Shown here piece by piece: positions 28,301 to 37,914 of a stretch of 64,000 nucleotides of DNA; positions within the stretch are counted from its first letter, which is position 1; the number at the start of each line of letters is the position of its first letter. Location of the stretch: positions 167,802 through 231,801 of the forward strand of contig JAMCUI010000009.1 in NCBI GenBank assembly GCA_023379265.1, read 5' to 3'. This DNA is from Patescibacteria group bacterium (GTDB lineage: Bacteria > Patescibacteriota > Microgenomatia > 2-02-FULL-39-11). Under the pieces are notes generated by a model that saw only the letters and a list, made by a program, of their open reading frames with translations, did no database searches and was not told where the DNA came from. The position numbers were made by a program, and so were the translations under genes.

Positions 28301-29203
28301 CAAGAATATAATCCTGTTGAAGGGGATTTCTATATGTCAGAACATATTTATCCGGACAATGATAAAAGTCTACTATTATATTCTAAAAATTATTTGTTAA
28401 ATTATTTGTTTGAACAAAATAATTTACCTTCTGACGTAGGATATTTATTATCAATGAGTACTAAGTTAGTTAACGGGTTTCCGCTAACTCTGAAGACTAC
28501 TACTGTAAAAAACGATACCACTTATGTGTATACTCTTATGTCGAAAAGTACAAGTTTCGACACCTCAAGATATATTTTGCCACCTATTTATCAGTTTGAT
28601 GATGGAATTAGAGTACAATTTACAGATAGCTCTTTCAACCAGATACCATCGGTAAATGAGATAAAAGATATTTCATTAGATCCAATACCTTATAAATACC
28701 TGACGAAAATTAGTTTGACCTCTTCTACCTCAGAAAAGAATAATGAAAATAAAATAGTTCTACCATTCACTAAGGATAATATTTCAGATTATTCTGTTAA
28801 AATTAATTCAAATACAGTAGAAAGAAACACGATCTTAGCTTTTTCACAGAGTTATGATAGCGGTTGGAAAGCATATTCAATAAACGAAGAACAAATATCA
28901 AACAGCAATTTGTTGACAGAATTATTTCCTTTCTGGTTTGGTACAGAACTAAAAGACCATGTGATGGTGAATAACTGGGAAAACGGTTGGAAGCTTGAAC
29001 AACCAACTAACAACAAACAACTAATAAACATAATTGTCGTTTATCTGCCGCAATATCTGGAGTACGTTGGATTTATTCTGTTGGTGATAGGAATATTATC
29101 CGTAATATTTTATCCAGGAGATAAGCAACTGGACGGTAAAAGAGCAGAAAGCCAAGAACAAAGTAGGAATAACCCGGAAATGTCTGACACAAAACTATTG
29201 TAA
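25334..29203 (+). CDS. giant YfhO-like GT-C family membrane protein (1289 aa) with a ~750-aa extracytoplasmic insertion
   Basis: N-terminal GWDNLHPEF...VWQEYQGLGLLGGMGHAADLP parallels the YfhO block GGDLLTQFYFW...FWSPYNFSGMPFLAHP of the neighbouring gene. The C-terminus YDSGWKAY...VNNWENGWK plus a final TM resembles the YfhO C-terminus. Confidence 0.65.
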   Translation: MSIIKNKHFYYLFFLILAVVVICFTNYKPGTWLTGWDNLHPEFDFPMNINRSIFAVWQEYQGLGLLGGMGHAADLPRQLLLSIFSIIIPVSLLRYFYQYLMLIVGVLGIYKLVIFFLSDRLKDSSVRKIALLCSLFYLLNLGTIQNFFFPFEPFSTFWGFFPWELWGLFNYLNKPNKKAFIWFVFINILAIPQAYVETIFLVYLLFISIIFLIYFFTNKSFLTFKKIFVISGTIFLINSFWILPNAYFIFTSVSVTQNAMNNKMNNDRFVEMNLKRGHPGDLIYLEGFNLDTLDDTQTPGKPVYMMQVWRDYYSLLPIRIEGIIFFILTLLGILKGRRKSKYIAGMSILSVVVLLSDTPIISTINFLLRQIPLINQVIRNPFTKFIVPTAVIYAVLFGFGLSFIFEHFEKKRERAIKVIFLLLTLMVLIYGLPAFTGHLFSDRLRIKIPDYYFQVFNYFKTKDPNARIMNLPQDTYWGWGSYKWGLTGSGFLWYGIGQPVMDRAFDVWSNYLEQYYWELIYDLRMRDQNLFNKTVKKYDITYVLYDESYIPSDYNSLKWIIQQKELLDNNPLFTKVADFGTVSIYKINDNSGSGSMSLLNSVPQTIKYENFSNTDDLFNSVGNYYEENNKPEPDYVYPFESLFTNRFQNEVKFSVSDTANDISFTKEIPKGNYNLNIPSLINDEKILPFAIYAKIEGGSLILSFQLKSPEVHVDNVVVNNNPISKQFAIPIPVQFSGNYYLLSINNRDFLSIVNPSDNYEYIGDAYLINSLIGNSVSLYSGSNPAIQDLEPKKFNAAVDCNSGKSTKSSLTEVSGNILKIFAQGSSTCVPYSSPLINLPTRGLDRISFVYKSKYDEFPKFCFRNLSSGNCINQSNNNKISFSTNYLRYNEYFEDKGGINNINTFSFILEPGYDKSLSGEKNISYQNIEVFSYPFIDSFDFDTTSLSHNSVTEFKFNINKSSLIEVNVPKISGSYEWSNLINDNQYKRNPQEYNPVEGDFYMSEHIYPDNDKSLLLYSKNYLLNYLFEQNNLPSDVGYLLSMSTKLVNGFPLTLKTTTVKNDTTYVYTLMSKSTSFDTSRYILPPIYQFDDGIRVQFTDSSFNQIPSVNEIKDISLDPIPYKYLTKISLTSSTSEKNNENKIVLPFTKDNISDYSVKINSNTVERNTILAFSQSYDSGWKAYSINEEQISNSNLLTELFPFWFGTELKDHVMVNNWENGWKLEQPTNNKQLINIIVVYLPQYLEYVGFILLVIGILSVIFYPGDKQLDGKRAESQEQSRNNPEMSDTKLL

Positions 29204-29303
29204 TTTTTACTTTCTAGTAATTAAGCTATTTTATTTGTCCTCTGGCGACTATTATAATATTCACTTTTTTCTATCTTTCTCCTATACTTAGACCATAGAA
29301 AAT

Positions 29304-30677
29304 ATGCTGCGTAAGGCTGTAACCACAATACTTTTTATAATTATCGTTGCGGCGATTTCAGTAAATGTTACTCCTTACGTCCGGCAACTGCTTTTACAGT
29401 CCGGGGCAATACAAGAAGAAGTGCTTATTGCCGGAACTGGATCAATGTATCCGACTTTCCCCAAAGGAAACGGCAAGACGGACGTAGTACGCGCTCAAGA
29501 AACGGTTGCCTGGCCAAAGATGAGAATTTATCCCTCAGGGATAAATATCTTCGGTTTTCACTTTTTTTCCTACAAACTCCAACATGGGGATATCGTGGAA
29601 TTCGAGAATAAAAAGACAGACCAGATTTCAAAGGAGAAATACGGGGATACCGCCGGATTTGTAAAAAGGATTATCGCTTTACCCGGTGATACCATTGATT
29701 TGCGTGACGGTTTTGTTTACTTAAACGGTGAGAGGATTGACGAGCCTTATACAGCCAAACCCAGATCCACTTATGGCGGCAATTTTTTAGCCGACTGTAC
29801 CAACCTGAAAATTCCGGTTGGCAGCGTGTTTGTCATGGGTGACAATAGAAAAGCGAGCTTGGATTCAAGGTATGAATTGGGATTGGTGGATATTTCCGAT
29901 ATCCATTTTGTCTTGCCATGGGATGATCAGGAGACTTACCATAAACTTTGGCGGGATACTGAAAATGATGCGCTTTTAGCAAATACTCCGACACTGGATG
30001 CTTCAGAGTTTATAAAACTTCTTGATGAAAAAAGACAAACAGCAAACGGTACATCACCTTTGAGATACAATGTCCTTTTGACAAATTCCAGCAAGATTAG
30101 GGGGGATGCCATGATAAATACTGATGATTTTTCGACAGAAGCGACAAGAAGTGGCATGACTTTGGCAAAATCTATAAAAGAATCCGGTTATGAGAATATC
30201 ATTTTTGCCGAAGTTTATACCCGTGGTTATTATGATGCGCAAGAATTGGTAGACAATTTTCTTGAGTTTCCGGATACGAAGAAGATTCTATTTTCTGCAG
30301 AATATCAGGATATTGGTATCTCGCCCGTTTTAGGAGAAATAAATAGTTGTCCCTCACAGGTGATTGTGGTTCATCTTGGAGGATATGTTCCTCCCAGCTA
30401 TACACAGAAGGAAATTGGCAGTTGGCAATCGCTTATCGAGAATATTGAAAAAGTATTGCCGTCGTGGGAAAGCGCAAAGGGTGCAGAAGGAATAAGCCAG
30501 TCAAAACTGGATCAGTTATTAAATATATTAAATACCAGACTCAGTAATGCTAAAATAATATATGCAAGGATGCAGGCTGATCAATGGTTGACAGACGCCC
30601 AGAAAAAAATGGTATCCGATGATCCGCAACTGGCAGCGCAGGCAAATGATTTAATAGATCAGTTAAATAAGAGATGA
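29304..30677 (+). CDS. lepB: signal peptidase I (S26A, LepB) with a ~250-aa C-terminal extension
   Basis: GTGSMYPTF (Ser box), VKRIIALPGDTI (Lys box), and GDNRKASLDSRY (box E). Residues ~210-457 are an additional domain of unknown function. Confidence 0.8.
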   Translation: MLRKAVTTILFIIIVAAISVNVTPYVRQLLLQSGAIQEEVLIAGTGSMYPTFPKGNGKTDVVRAQETVAWPKMRIYPSGINIFGFHFFSYKLQHGDIVEFENKKTDQISKEKYGDTAGFVKRIIALPGDTIDLRDGFVYLNGERIDEPYTAKPRSTYGGNFLADCTNLKIPVGSVFVMGDNRKASLDSRYELGLVDISDIHFVLPWDDQETYHKLWRDTENDALLANTPTLDASEFIKLLDEKRQTANGTSPLRYNVLLTNSSKIRGDAMINTDDFSTEATRSGMTLAKSIKESGYENIIFAEVYTRGYYDAQELVDNFLEFPDTKKILFSAEYQDIGISPVLGEINSCPSQVIVVHLGGYVPPSYTQKEIGSWQSLIENIEKVLPSWESAKGAEGISQSKLDQLLNILNTRLSNAKIIYARMQADQWLTDAQKKMVSDDPQLAAQANDLIDQLNKR

Positions 30678-32881
30678 AGAAGAACACTTTTATTTTCAGA
30701 CTTTTGCCACTTCTATTCCTCTTGCTGCTAATTCTTTTACAATTCGGACAAACTTTAATCCCATCTGAAGGAAAAATGATATACGGTGGAGATCTTCTTA
30801 CCCAGTTTTATTTCTGGAAAGGGTATTTAGCTTCAAACGTTAGGAGCGGCGTTATTCCTTTTTGGAGTCCTTACAATTTTTCAGGCATGCCATTCTTAGC
30901 CCATCCGTCTACAGCTGCATTTTATCCCCTGACTTTGCTATTTGTTCTCTTGCCTCTAAATATAGCCTTTTCAATTAATTATGCCATTCATATTTTAATC
31001 GCCGGTTTGGGAATGTATTTACTATTGCGTTCGTATAAAACAGACGAATTATCCGCGCTTGCAGCTTCTGCCGCGTTTATGCTATCCGGGTTTATTGGAG
31101 CAAGGGTTTACGCTGGGCATGTGGATATTATCTCTACAGCTGTTTGGATTCCATGGGTGTTATGGTCGACTCGTCAACTACTCTCAGAACCGTCAAAGAA
31201 GAATTTCCTTCTTTTGGTTGCTAGTACCTCTTTGGAGATATTAGCATCGTATACTGCCATAGTGCTTTTTACTGTTGAGGTGGTAACAGCATATTTGGCT
31301 TTTACTTTTGTTATTGATTTATGGTTATATCGCCGGATTAAGATAAGTAAATTTTTACTCGTTTTCCTGTCGTTTACTATTGCAGCCGCCTTGACGGCAA
31401 TCCAATGGTATCCTACGTTGCAGTTTATCAATCTATCAATAAGAGGTGGAGGATTGCCTTATTCTATGGTTTCATGGGGATCATTTCCTCCATCAGCTTT
31501 GAAGTTATTTGTAGACCCTTACAATGTATCGGAGTTGGCCAAATTTCCTTACACTTTTGCCGGATTTACTCTACCGGACTTTTTTGATTATTATCCCGGC
31601 CGGATAATGCTCCTAATCGCAGTTGTATTTATTATCTTAAAATTGTTGAAATTATTTACAGGAAATATATTTGGGAAAAAGATTCTCAGCGTTAACCATG
31701 ATTTCTGGTTTTACCTTTTTATGATATGTATCTTTATATGGTTGGCTACTGGTGGGGAGTTGAAATATAGCCTGCATCATTTATTTTATACTCTAATTCC
31801 CTTTTACAGAAATATACGTATTCCTACACAGCATCTTATCATGGTTTCATTTCTCTTACCGCTCATATTTGGTATGGCAGTTTCTTCAGTGAGAAGTAAA
31901 CTTTTTAGCTGGTTGATTATGATAATGATTGTTATGGAGCTTCTACCATTCAGCCGGCAATTTTTCATAAATACTAATATTCCCGAGATTAAATATGATC
32001 AGAATCTGGTAAAAACACTTAAATCCACTACTCAAATAACACGTTTCCTGCCAGATTTCGGAGTGATAAGTCCGACAGAAAAATTATTAAATTTCAATTC
32101 GGCCGAAGAATACGCAATCCAATCAACTACAGGTTATGACCCGATGATTTTGAGAAATTATTTCGATTTTATAGATATTGCCAATGGTAACAGAAGTTCG
32201 TCCCAAGAGTATTATAATGTGGAAGTTCCTCCTCTATCTCCATATTCTCCCGCTCTTGATTTTCTCAATATAGGATTTATTATGACTGAAGCGGACCGTA
32301 ACTGGCAGGAAAGAGGCCGCCCGATAAAATTTTCCACCCTTCTATCCTCAGACAAATATATACTATACAAGAATAATAATGTTTTACCTCGTTTTTTTCT
32401 TGTATCACGATTTGTGGCTTTATCAAATACAGCGGCAGTCAAAGAAAAACTTCTTACTGCCCAACCGGATGATTTCCGCAGAAATGTATATATAACAAAA
32501 GATGAACAAAGCAAATTGCCGCAAAAGGCAGTGTATGACTGCGGTAATTATCCGAATGCTGGAATCTATGATGATGTGTATACTCCAGGCAAAATAGTTT
32601 TAACTATGGAAACAAATTGTAGCGGAATTCTAGCTACCAGTGAAATCTACTATCCCGGTTGGAAGGCAACCATTGACGGTAGAAAAGTGCCGATTTTGTT
32701 AATCAATACTGCTTTCAGAGCAATTTATTTGCCAGCAGGTAAACATACGGTCATATTTTATTACCAGCCTGATATTTACCTTTTCGGGGGGAAACTATCA
32801 CTTTTAGGATGTGCGGCGATTGTTCTAATCCTGGCTGGTTGGAGTCTCATACCAATTAGTCTTAGAAAAACAAGAAAATAG
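30674..32881 (+). CDS. YfhO family GT-C glycosyltransferase
   Basis: N-terminus GGDLLTQFYFWKGYL...FWSPYNFSGMPFLAHPSTAAFYP, and a C-terminal YYPGWKATIDGRKVPILLINTAFRAIYLPAGKHTVIFYYQP characteristic of YfhO. Confidence 0.8.
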   Translation: MKKNTFIFRLLPLLFLLLLILLQFGQTLIPSEGKMIYGGDLLTQFYFWKGYLASNVRSGVIPFWSPYNFSGMPFLAHPSTAAFYPLTLLFVLLPLNIAFSINYAIHILIAGLGMYLLLRSYKTDELSALAASAAFMLSGFIGARVYAGHVDIISTAVWIPWVLWSTRQLLSEPSKKNFLLLVASTSLEILASYTAIVLFTVEVVTAYLAFTFVIDLWLYRRIKISKFLLVFLSFTIAAALTAIQWYPTLQFINLSIRGGGLPYSMVSWGSFPPSALKLFVDPYNVSELAKFPYTFAGFTLPDFFDYYPGRIMLLIAVVFIILKLLKLFTGNIFGKKILSVNHDFWFYLFMICIFIWLATGGELKYSLHHLFYTLIPFYRNIRIPTQHLIMVSFLLPLIFGMAVSSVRSKLFSWLIMIMIVMELLPFSRQFFINTNIPEIKYDQNLVKTLKSTTQITRFLPDFGVISPTEKLLNFNSAEEYAIQSTTGYDPMILRNYFDFIDIANGNRSSSQEYYNVEVPPLSPYSPALDFLNIGFIMTEADRNWQERGRPIKFSTLLSSDKYILYKNNNVLPRFFLVSRFVALSNTAAVKEKLLTAQPDDFRRNVYITKDEQSKLPQKAVYDCGNYPNAGIYDDVYTPGKIVLTMETNCSGILATSEIYYPGWKATIDGRKVPILLINTAFRAIYLPAGKHTVIFYYQPDIYLFGGKLSLLGCAAIVLILAGWSLIPISLRKTRK

Positions 32882-33561
32882 GAAGGACCTACTCGAAAAA
32901 TTTTGAATTTGGATAGCCCCATAAGTCTTGTCCTTTCTTTCCAACTTACAGGAATCTGTCCGATAGAAGCACCTGCAATAACAGGATAATATCCCAACTC
33001 AGCATTTATAGCAAAGTTTGGGCTGCGTAAAATTGGATAAAGCTTGTCAACAAGGTTTTTTCTATAAAGTTTGAAATTATTAGTCAAATCAGAGTGGGGA
33101 ATACCGATAATCAGTTGAGATAGGAAGTGGAAGGACCGATTGGCAATCAGTTTTATGAATGGATAGTTTTTGAGAGAACCGCGGGTCATAAACCTGGAGC
33201 CCGTAACTCCATCAAATCCATCGATCTTTTTGATGAAATTGGCAATATCAGGAACGTTTGCCAAAAAATCACAATCCATAAAAAGGACATATTCCGATTT
33301 CGGAGAAAGGTTTTTTATTCCCTCTTTTATTGCTAGACCAACTCCTGGATTTCGTATTCTTCTGACTATTTTTATCTTTTTATATTGCTTCTTTAGCTCC
33401 CACGCACTTAAATATGTACCGTCTGTTGAGTTATCGTCCACTACGATAATTTCGAGTATGTGCTGATGGTATTTTTTGACTATAAGAGGAATAATTCTGG
33501 CTAAGTTATTTTCTTCATTCCTGGCAGGGATTATTATGGATAGGTTTTTGAGCATTTTCAA
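32776..33561 (-). CDS. GT2 polyprenyl-phosphate sugar synthase (DPM1/GtrB/CsbB-like)
   Basis: LSIIIPARNEENNL...IIVVDDNSTDGT GT-A motifs. Its 3' end overlaps the YfhO 3' end by ~106 bp, tail to tail. Confidence 0.8.
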   Translation of the reverse strand: MKMLKNLSIIIPARNEENNLARIIPLIVKKYHQHILEIIVVDDNSTDGTYLSAWELKKQYKKIKIVRRIRNPGVGLAIKEGIKNLSPKSEYVLFMDCDFLANVPDIANFIKKIDGFDGVTGSRFMTRGSLKNYPFIKLIANRSFHFLSQLIIGIPHSDLTNNFKLYRKNLVDKLYPILRSPNFAINAELGYYPVIAGASIGQIPVSWKERTRLMGLSKFKIFRVGPSYFLVFLRLIGMRLQPARIRTIAAHPKSDSFPPKR

Positions 33562-33583
33562 ATATCAATATTTTATCGGTAAA

Positions 33584-35158
33584 TCAGTTTTTGTAAATAG
33601 AGACAAGGGGGACATCTTGAACAGACAGGGTGTAAATTGGTTTATGAGTTTGGATATACGGATAAATCCCATACCATGAGAAGAATGATTCACGGTTTAA
33701 TACGACGGTATAGTCGCTTTGGGAATACAAATAACTCGGGGCATCGGCCATATTGGCGGTGTTAAGTTTTGAGATGAGGTCGTCTCGGAGATAAAGCTTG
33801 GCTATATCAGGAGCCATCGGAATTATGATTCGAGCGTTTTTAGGCGCGTTTTTATTGATGTAGCCGAGTGCATGTTTGTATGCCGAGGCCCAAAATTCGA
33901 TATCAAATTTATGTGAGGCTTTTTGTATTCCACCTATTAATTCTCCGAAATAACTCGTTTCATATGGGTGATATGTGATTATCTGATAGGAAAGATAAGC
34001 AGAGTAGATCAGGGATAGGCATATAAATATAGACATCTTATTTTTTATTGCGATTTTGTTTTTAAGCTTATTGGTAACAAAATAAAAAAAAGAGTAAACA
34101 CCCAAACCAGTGATGGCTGCAAAAGGGAAAATGACTTCCATAAAATGTCTTATATCATCAATGACAATCATATGAGGTTTGAAATATCGGGAGACAGGTA
34201 TGGCAAACCACAGAAGTATAAAAATTTTTTCTTCAAACAGGATTTTATTCCAAGAAAGTATAGCGAGAAGACCAATCAGAAAAAAAATAAGCATCACTGT
34301 CGGAGTGGTGACAGCTATAATACCGAATGGGTAATGCCAGGGGACATTCTGTCCCGAGAAAACGATATCACTAAAGTATAGAATGGGCATATTCATGGTG
34401 GAAGTGGTATAGGAGTGGCTTGCTTCAATCAATCGGGTAACGGGGTGAGTCCAGAAAGGAGCCCAGATTATGAAGGAAAAAACAGGCGAAAGAATAAAGT
34501 AAAGAATTACCATTTTTATTTTGGGTTTAAGGCTGAATTTACCATAGTATCTATCTCTGACAAAGACGCAAAAAAGAAAGGAAAAAGCGATTATGGGTAT
34601 AAAAATTGCATTGACTTTGCTGTTAAACGAAAGCGCTACGGTAAAAGTTGAGAAAAACAATGTTTTCCAGTTTGTTTTTTTATAGAAAAGCCAAAAGCTA
34701 AATATGGCAAGGGTGAAAAATACCGCTTGAGGAATGTCTTTCATATTATTATGAAGATGGCCAAAATAACGAGGAAGAAGAGCCAAACTGATTACAGAGA
34801 AAAAAGCTGTTTGCCAGTTTAGAAGCTTTTTAACCATGAAATATAACAATCCGATACCAAGGGATCCTAATATAACTGAATACAAGTTGTAGGCACTGTC
34901 CCAAGGCAGTAAATGAAAAAGCCGTGAGAAAATTTCATACGAAACAACAGGGAAAGTATCAGACAAGGGAGGGGAGGGACCCATAACAAAGCCGGGATCA
35001 GTCTGTGGAAGATGTAAATGCCACAAACCGGCGTTAAAATGGTAAGTATAATCCCAAGTGACACCGTAGTGATTTATCACCATGAGGTTAACTGCAAGAT
35101 ATAAGAGAGTAACGGTTATCCCTAAGTAAAAAGGAAATTGATTTTTTATTTTGGTCAT
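33584..35158 (-). CDS. GT-C family glycosyltransferase (ArnT/PMT-like, GT39/GT83)
   Basis: Polytopic. First-loop motif NHYGVTWDYTYHFNAG resembles the DE/DxY block of ArnT/PMT. 524 aa. Confidence 0.6.
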   Translation of the reverse strand: MTKIKNQFPFYLGITVTLLYLAVNLMVINHYGVTWDYTYHFNAGLWHLHLPQTDPGFVMGPSPPLSDTFPVVSYEIFSRLFHLLPWDSAYNLYSVILGSLGIGLLYFMVKKLLNWQTAFFSVISLALLPRYFGHLHNNMKDIPQAVFFTLAIFSFWLFYKKTNWKTLFFSTFTVALSFNSKVNAIFIPIIAFSFLFCVFVRDRYYGKFSLKPKIKMVILYFILSPVFSFIIWAPFWTHPVTRLIEASHSYTTSTMNMPILYFSDIVFSGQNVPWHYPFGIIAVTTPTVMLIFFLIGLLAILSWNKILFEEKIFILLWFAIPVSRYFKPHMIVIDDIRHFMEVIFPFAAITGLGVYSFFYFVTNKLKNKIAIKNKMSIFICLSLIYSAYLSYQIITYHPYETSYFGELIGGIQKASHKFDIEFWASAYKHALGYINKNAPKNARIIIPMAPDIAKLYLRDDLISKLNTANMADAPSYLYSQSDYTVVLNRESFFSWYGIYPYIQTHKPIYTLSVQDVPLVSIYKN

Positions 35159-35859
35159 TTTCCGGAAGCAATTTTCAAGACTGATTTGGAATAATCGATA
35201 AACATGGGAAGGAATTGTGATTTGCTTAATCCTCTTGGACGATTCTTATAATATGAAGGAATTTCCTTAATATTAAATTTGAATTGATGCGCATTGTAAA
35301 GAAGTCTTATGAAATAATCTCCGTATCCGAAAAATATTTTATCATAATTCAAAAGAGACAGTTTTTGCTTATTTATAAGAAAAAAACCACTGAGGTTATC
35401 TGTAGTATTCAATTTTAGAATAATTCTCACTACCCGGTTATAAAGATAACTGAGAAAATATCTCAACCGATCATCCATTCCACCTCCATAGATATATCTT
35501 GAGCCGACTATTAGATCATATTTATCTTTATTTTCAAGAAATAATGGCAAATCTTTCGGATTGTGATTAAAATCAGTATCCATTACGATAATAAACTTGC
35601 CGGATGCTATTTCTAATCCGCTTCTTATTGCGCGGGCTAACCCTCTTTCATTTTTTTTGACCAGAATATGTACTCTTTTATCCCTTTTATATTTTTCCTT
35701 TACATTTTCTGCAGTACCATCAGGACTGTTGTCGTCTACAACCCATATTTCAAAAGGATTTGATTTAATTTGTGTTATGATTTGTGAAATCAGGGGAACG
35801 ATATTTCCTGATTCATTGTATGTAGGTAAAATAATACTTAACAATGAGGCTTTTTTCAT
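35155..35859 (-). CDS. GT2 polyprenyl-phosphate sugar synthase (ArnC/DPM1-like)
   Basis: LSIILPTYNESGNI...EIWVVDDNSPDGT...VMDTDFNHNP (DxD). 234 aa. Confidence 0.8.
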   Translation of the reverse strand: MKKASLLSIILPTYNESGNIVPLISQIITQIKSNPFEIWVVDDNSPDGTAENVKEKYKRDKRVHILVKKNERGLARAIRSGLEIASGKFIIVMDTDFNHNPKDLPLFLENKDKYDLIVGSRYIYGGGMDDRLRYFLSYLYNRVVRIILKLNTTDNLSGFFLINKQKLSLLNYDKIFFGYGDYFIRLLYNAHQFKFNIKEIPSYYKNRPRGLSKSQFLPMFIDYSKSVLKIASGK

Positions 35860-36075
35860 GATTGATATAAATTTTAGCGCTTTTCTGATATTATATGGTT
35901 TATATTTTTGACTTCAACTAGTAGTCAGTTACAAAATTTTATCCTCCGGATCAACATTGAGGAAAAGTCAAAATTCAAGGAAATAAAATACTGGTAAGTT
36001 ATGAATATATGCATAATACCATATTGCTCTTGTCCAGAAGCATCGTCTTTCCGGGATAATTAATTTATAAATATC

Positions 36076-37275
36076 ATGAATATCTGTATGATTTCCTACT
36101 GGTCTTGTCCTCTTACTCCCACAGGTGTTTTGACCGCAGGTGGAATGAATATATACGTGATAAATCTGGTAAATAACTTAGGTAAATTGGGTCACAACGT
36201 TGATGTCTATACCAGAGTACATTCTCAAAAAGATGAAAAAATACTTACAGGAAATAAAAATGTCAGAATTATTCATCTTGATTCGGGAAAGTTGGGAAAT
36301 TATAAGCAGTTTGCCTTAAAAGTCGAAAAATTTATTAAAAAGGAAGACATAAATTACGACATTATACATGCGCATTATTATTTTTCGGGTTTGGTAGCGA
36401 TTCAAATCAAGAACAAGTTGAAAATTCCTCTTATAACTACCTTTCACAGTCTGGAAATTGCAAAAGAGGTGTATGTTGGCAAAAAGAATAAGTCCAGGAA
36501 AAAAAACGAACGGAAAGTAGTAGAAAAAAGTGACGGAATTATTGCATCGACAGAGTTGGAAAAAGTAGATCTGATAAAAACTTATGGTGCATATAATCAT
36601 AAAATATTTATTGTGTCACCAGGTGTAAATCATCACCTTTTTTTTCCCAGAAATAAAATATTTTCTCGGCTGAAATTAAAATTACCCCTTAAAAAGGAAA
36701 TTATATTGTTTGTGGGAAGAATCGACCCCATCAAAGGTTTAAGTGTTCTAATTGAGGCGATTGGAAAATTGACTAGATTATACCCATCGTTTTCGAAAAA
36801 ATTTCGAGTGCTTCTGATAGGAGGAGATATAGAAAATCGTAAATTTTGGGAAAATAGCGAAGTAAAAAAAATAAGACGATTGATTAAAGAGAAAGAATTG
36901 GAATGCTGCATTCATTTCATTGGTAGCAAACCGCATTCTAAACTACCCTATTATTATTCGGCTGCTGATATAACTGTTTTACCTTCTTTATACGAGTCAT
37001 TTGGTCTTGTGATACTTGAAGCCATGGCATGTGGATGTGCAGTTATTGCTTCAAAAACAGGAGGTATGAAGTATATCATCAGAGATGGTGAAAGCGGAAG
37101 ATTTTTCAGAAATAATGATATGGAAGAACTTTCATTAGTGCTTTGGGAGTTACTGCATGACAAAAAATACCTTTTAGAGTTGGGGAAAAATGCAATAGGG
37201 GAAAGCTTGAATTATTGCTGGGATAAGCAGTCGCAAAAAGTGGTTAAAGTCTATAAAAAATTTGGATCAAATTGA
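36076..37275 (+). CDS. GT4 retaining glycosyltransferase (MshA/sucrose-phosphate-synthase-like)
   Basis: N-terminal GGMNIYVINL (GGMNVY motif) and C-terminal ...SLYESFGLVILEAMACGCAVIAS (E-x7-E). Confidence 0.8.
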   Translation: MNICMISYWSCPLTPTGVLTAGGMNIYVINLVNNLGKLGHNVDVYTRVHSQKDEKILTGNKNVRIIHLDSGKLGNYKQFALKVEKFIKKEDINYDIIHAHYYFSGLVAIQIKNKLKIPLITTFHSLEIAKEVYVGKKNKSRKKNERKVVEKSDGIIASTELEKVDLIKTYGAYNHKIFIVSPGVNHHLFFPRNKIFSRLKLKLPLKKEIILFVGRIDPIKGLSVLIEAIGKLTRLYPSFSKKFRVLLIGGDIENRKFWENSEVKKIRRLIKEKELECCIHFIGSKPHSKLPYYYSAADITVLPSLYESFGLVILEAMACGCAVIASKTGGMKYIIRDGESGRFFRNNDMEELSLVLWELLHDKKYLLELGKNAIGESLNYCWDKQSQKVVKVYKKFGSN

Positions 37276-37852
37276 ACTCTATATGAAAACTATAATTTAT
37301 TTTATGAGACATGGTGAAGTTTACAACCCAAAAAGAATTTTATATGGGAGGATGTCTGGTTTTAGATTGTCAGAGTATGGTAGAGAAAGCGTTAAGCTTC
37401 AGGCTGAAAATCTGAAAAAGAGAAAGATTAATTTTATTTATGCCAGTCCAATGCTAAGGACAAGACAATCCGCAAAAATACTTTCAGAAGAATTGGGAAT
37501 TAAAGTCAAGATTTCAAGTTTCTTAAACGAAGTAAAACTTATTTTTGAAGGGATGCCTCTTATGGAATATAAGTCAAAAATCCAGCCTAGTCTATATGAA
37601 AACAAATATTATCTTAAAGGTCAGGAAAGCGTGGAGTCAATCGCAGAGAGAATGACAAAATTCTTGAAAATGATTGAAAAAAGACACAATGGTCAGGAAA
37701 CTCTTGTAGTTTCTCATGGTGATCCGATTGTAATATTAAAGGCAGAAATCAACAATATTCCTTTCACCTGGAAGTATAAAAAAGATAATTATCTAAAAAC
37801 CGCTACTTTTACCACGCTGGAAATTAAAGATGGTCGCTATAATTGGAAATAA
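37262..37852 (+). CDS. histidine phosphatase superfamily (phosphoglycerate-mutase-like) phosphatase
   Basis: N-terminal IYFMRHGEV RHG motif and a C-terminal VVSHGD. 196 aa. Confidence 0.7.
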   Translation: MDQIELYMKTIIYFMRHGEVYNPKRILYGRMSGFRLSEYGRESVKLQAENLKKRKINFIYASPMLRTRQSAKILSEELGIKVKISSFLNEVKLIFEGMPLMEYKSKIQPSLYENKYYLKGQESVESIAERMTKFLKMIEKRHNGQETLVVSHGDPIVILKAEINNIPFTWKYKKDNYLKTATFTTLEIKDGRYNWK

Positions 37853-37914
37853 ACTCCCCCATAACATAAAATAGAATAACGTTGTGAACTAAATATTGTA
37901 ATTTTGATTAAATT

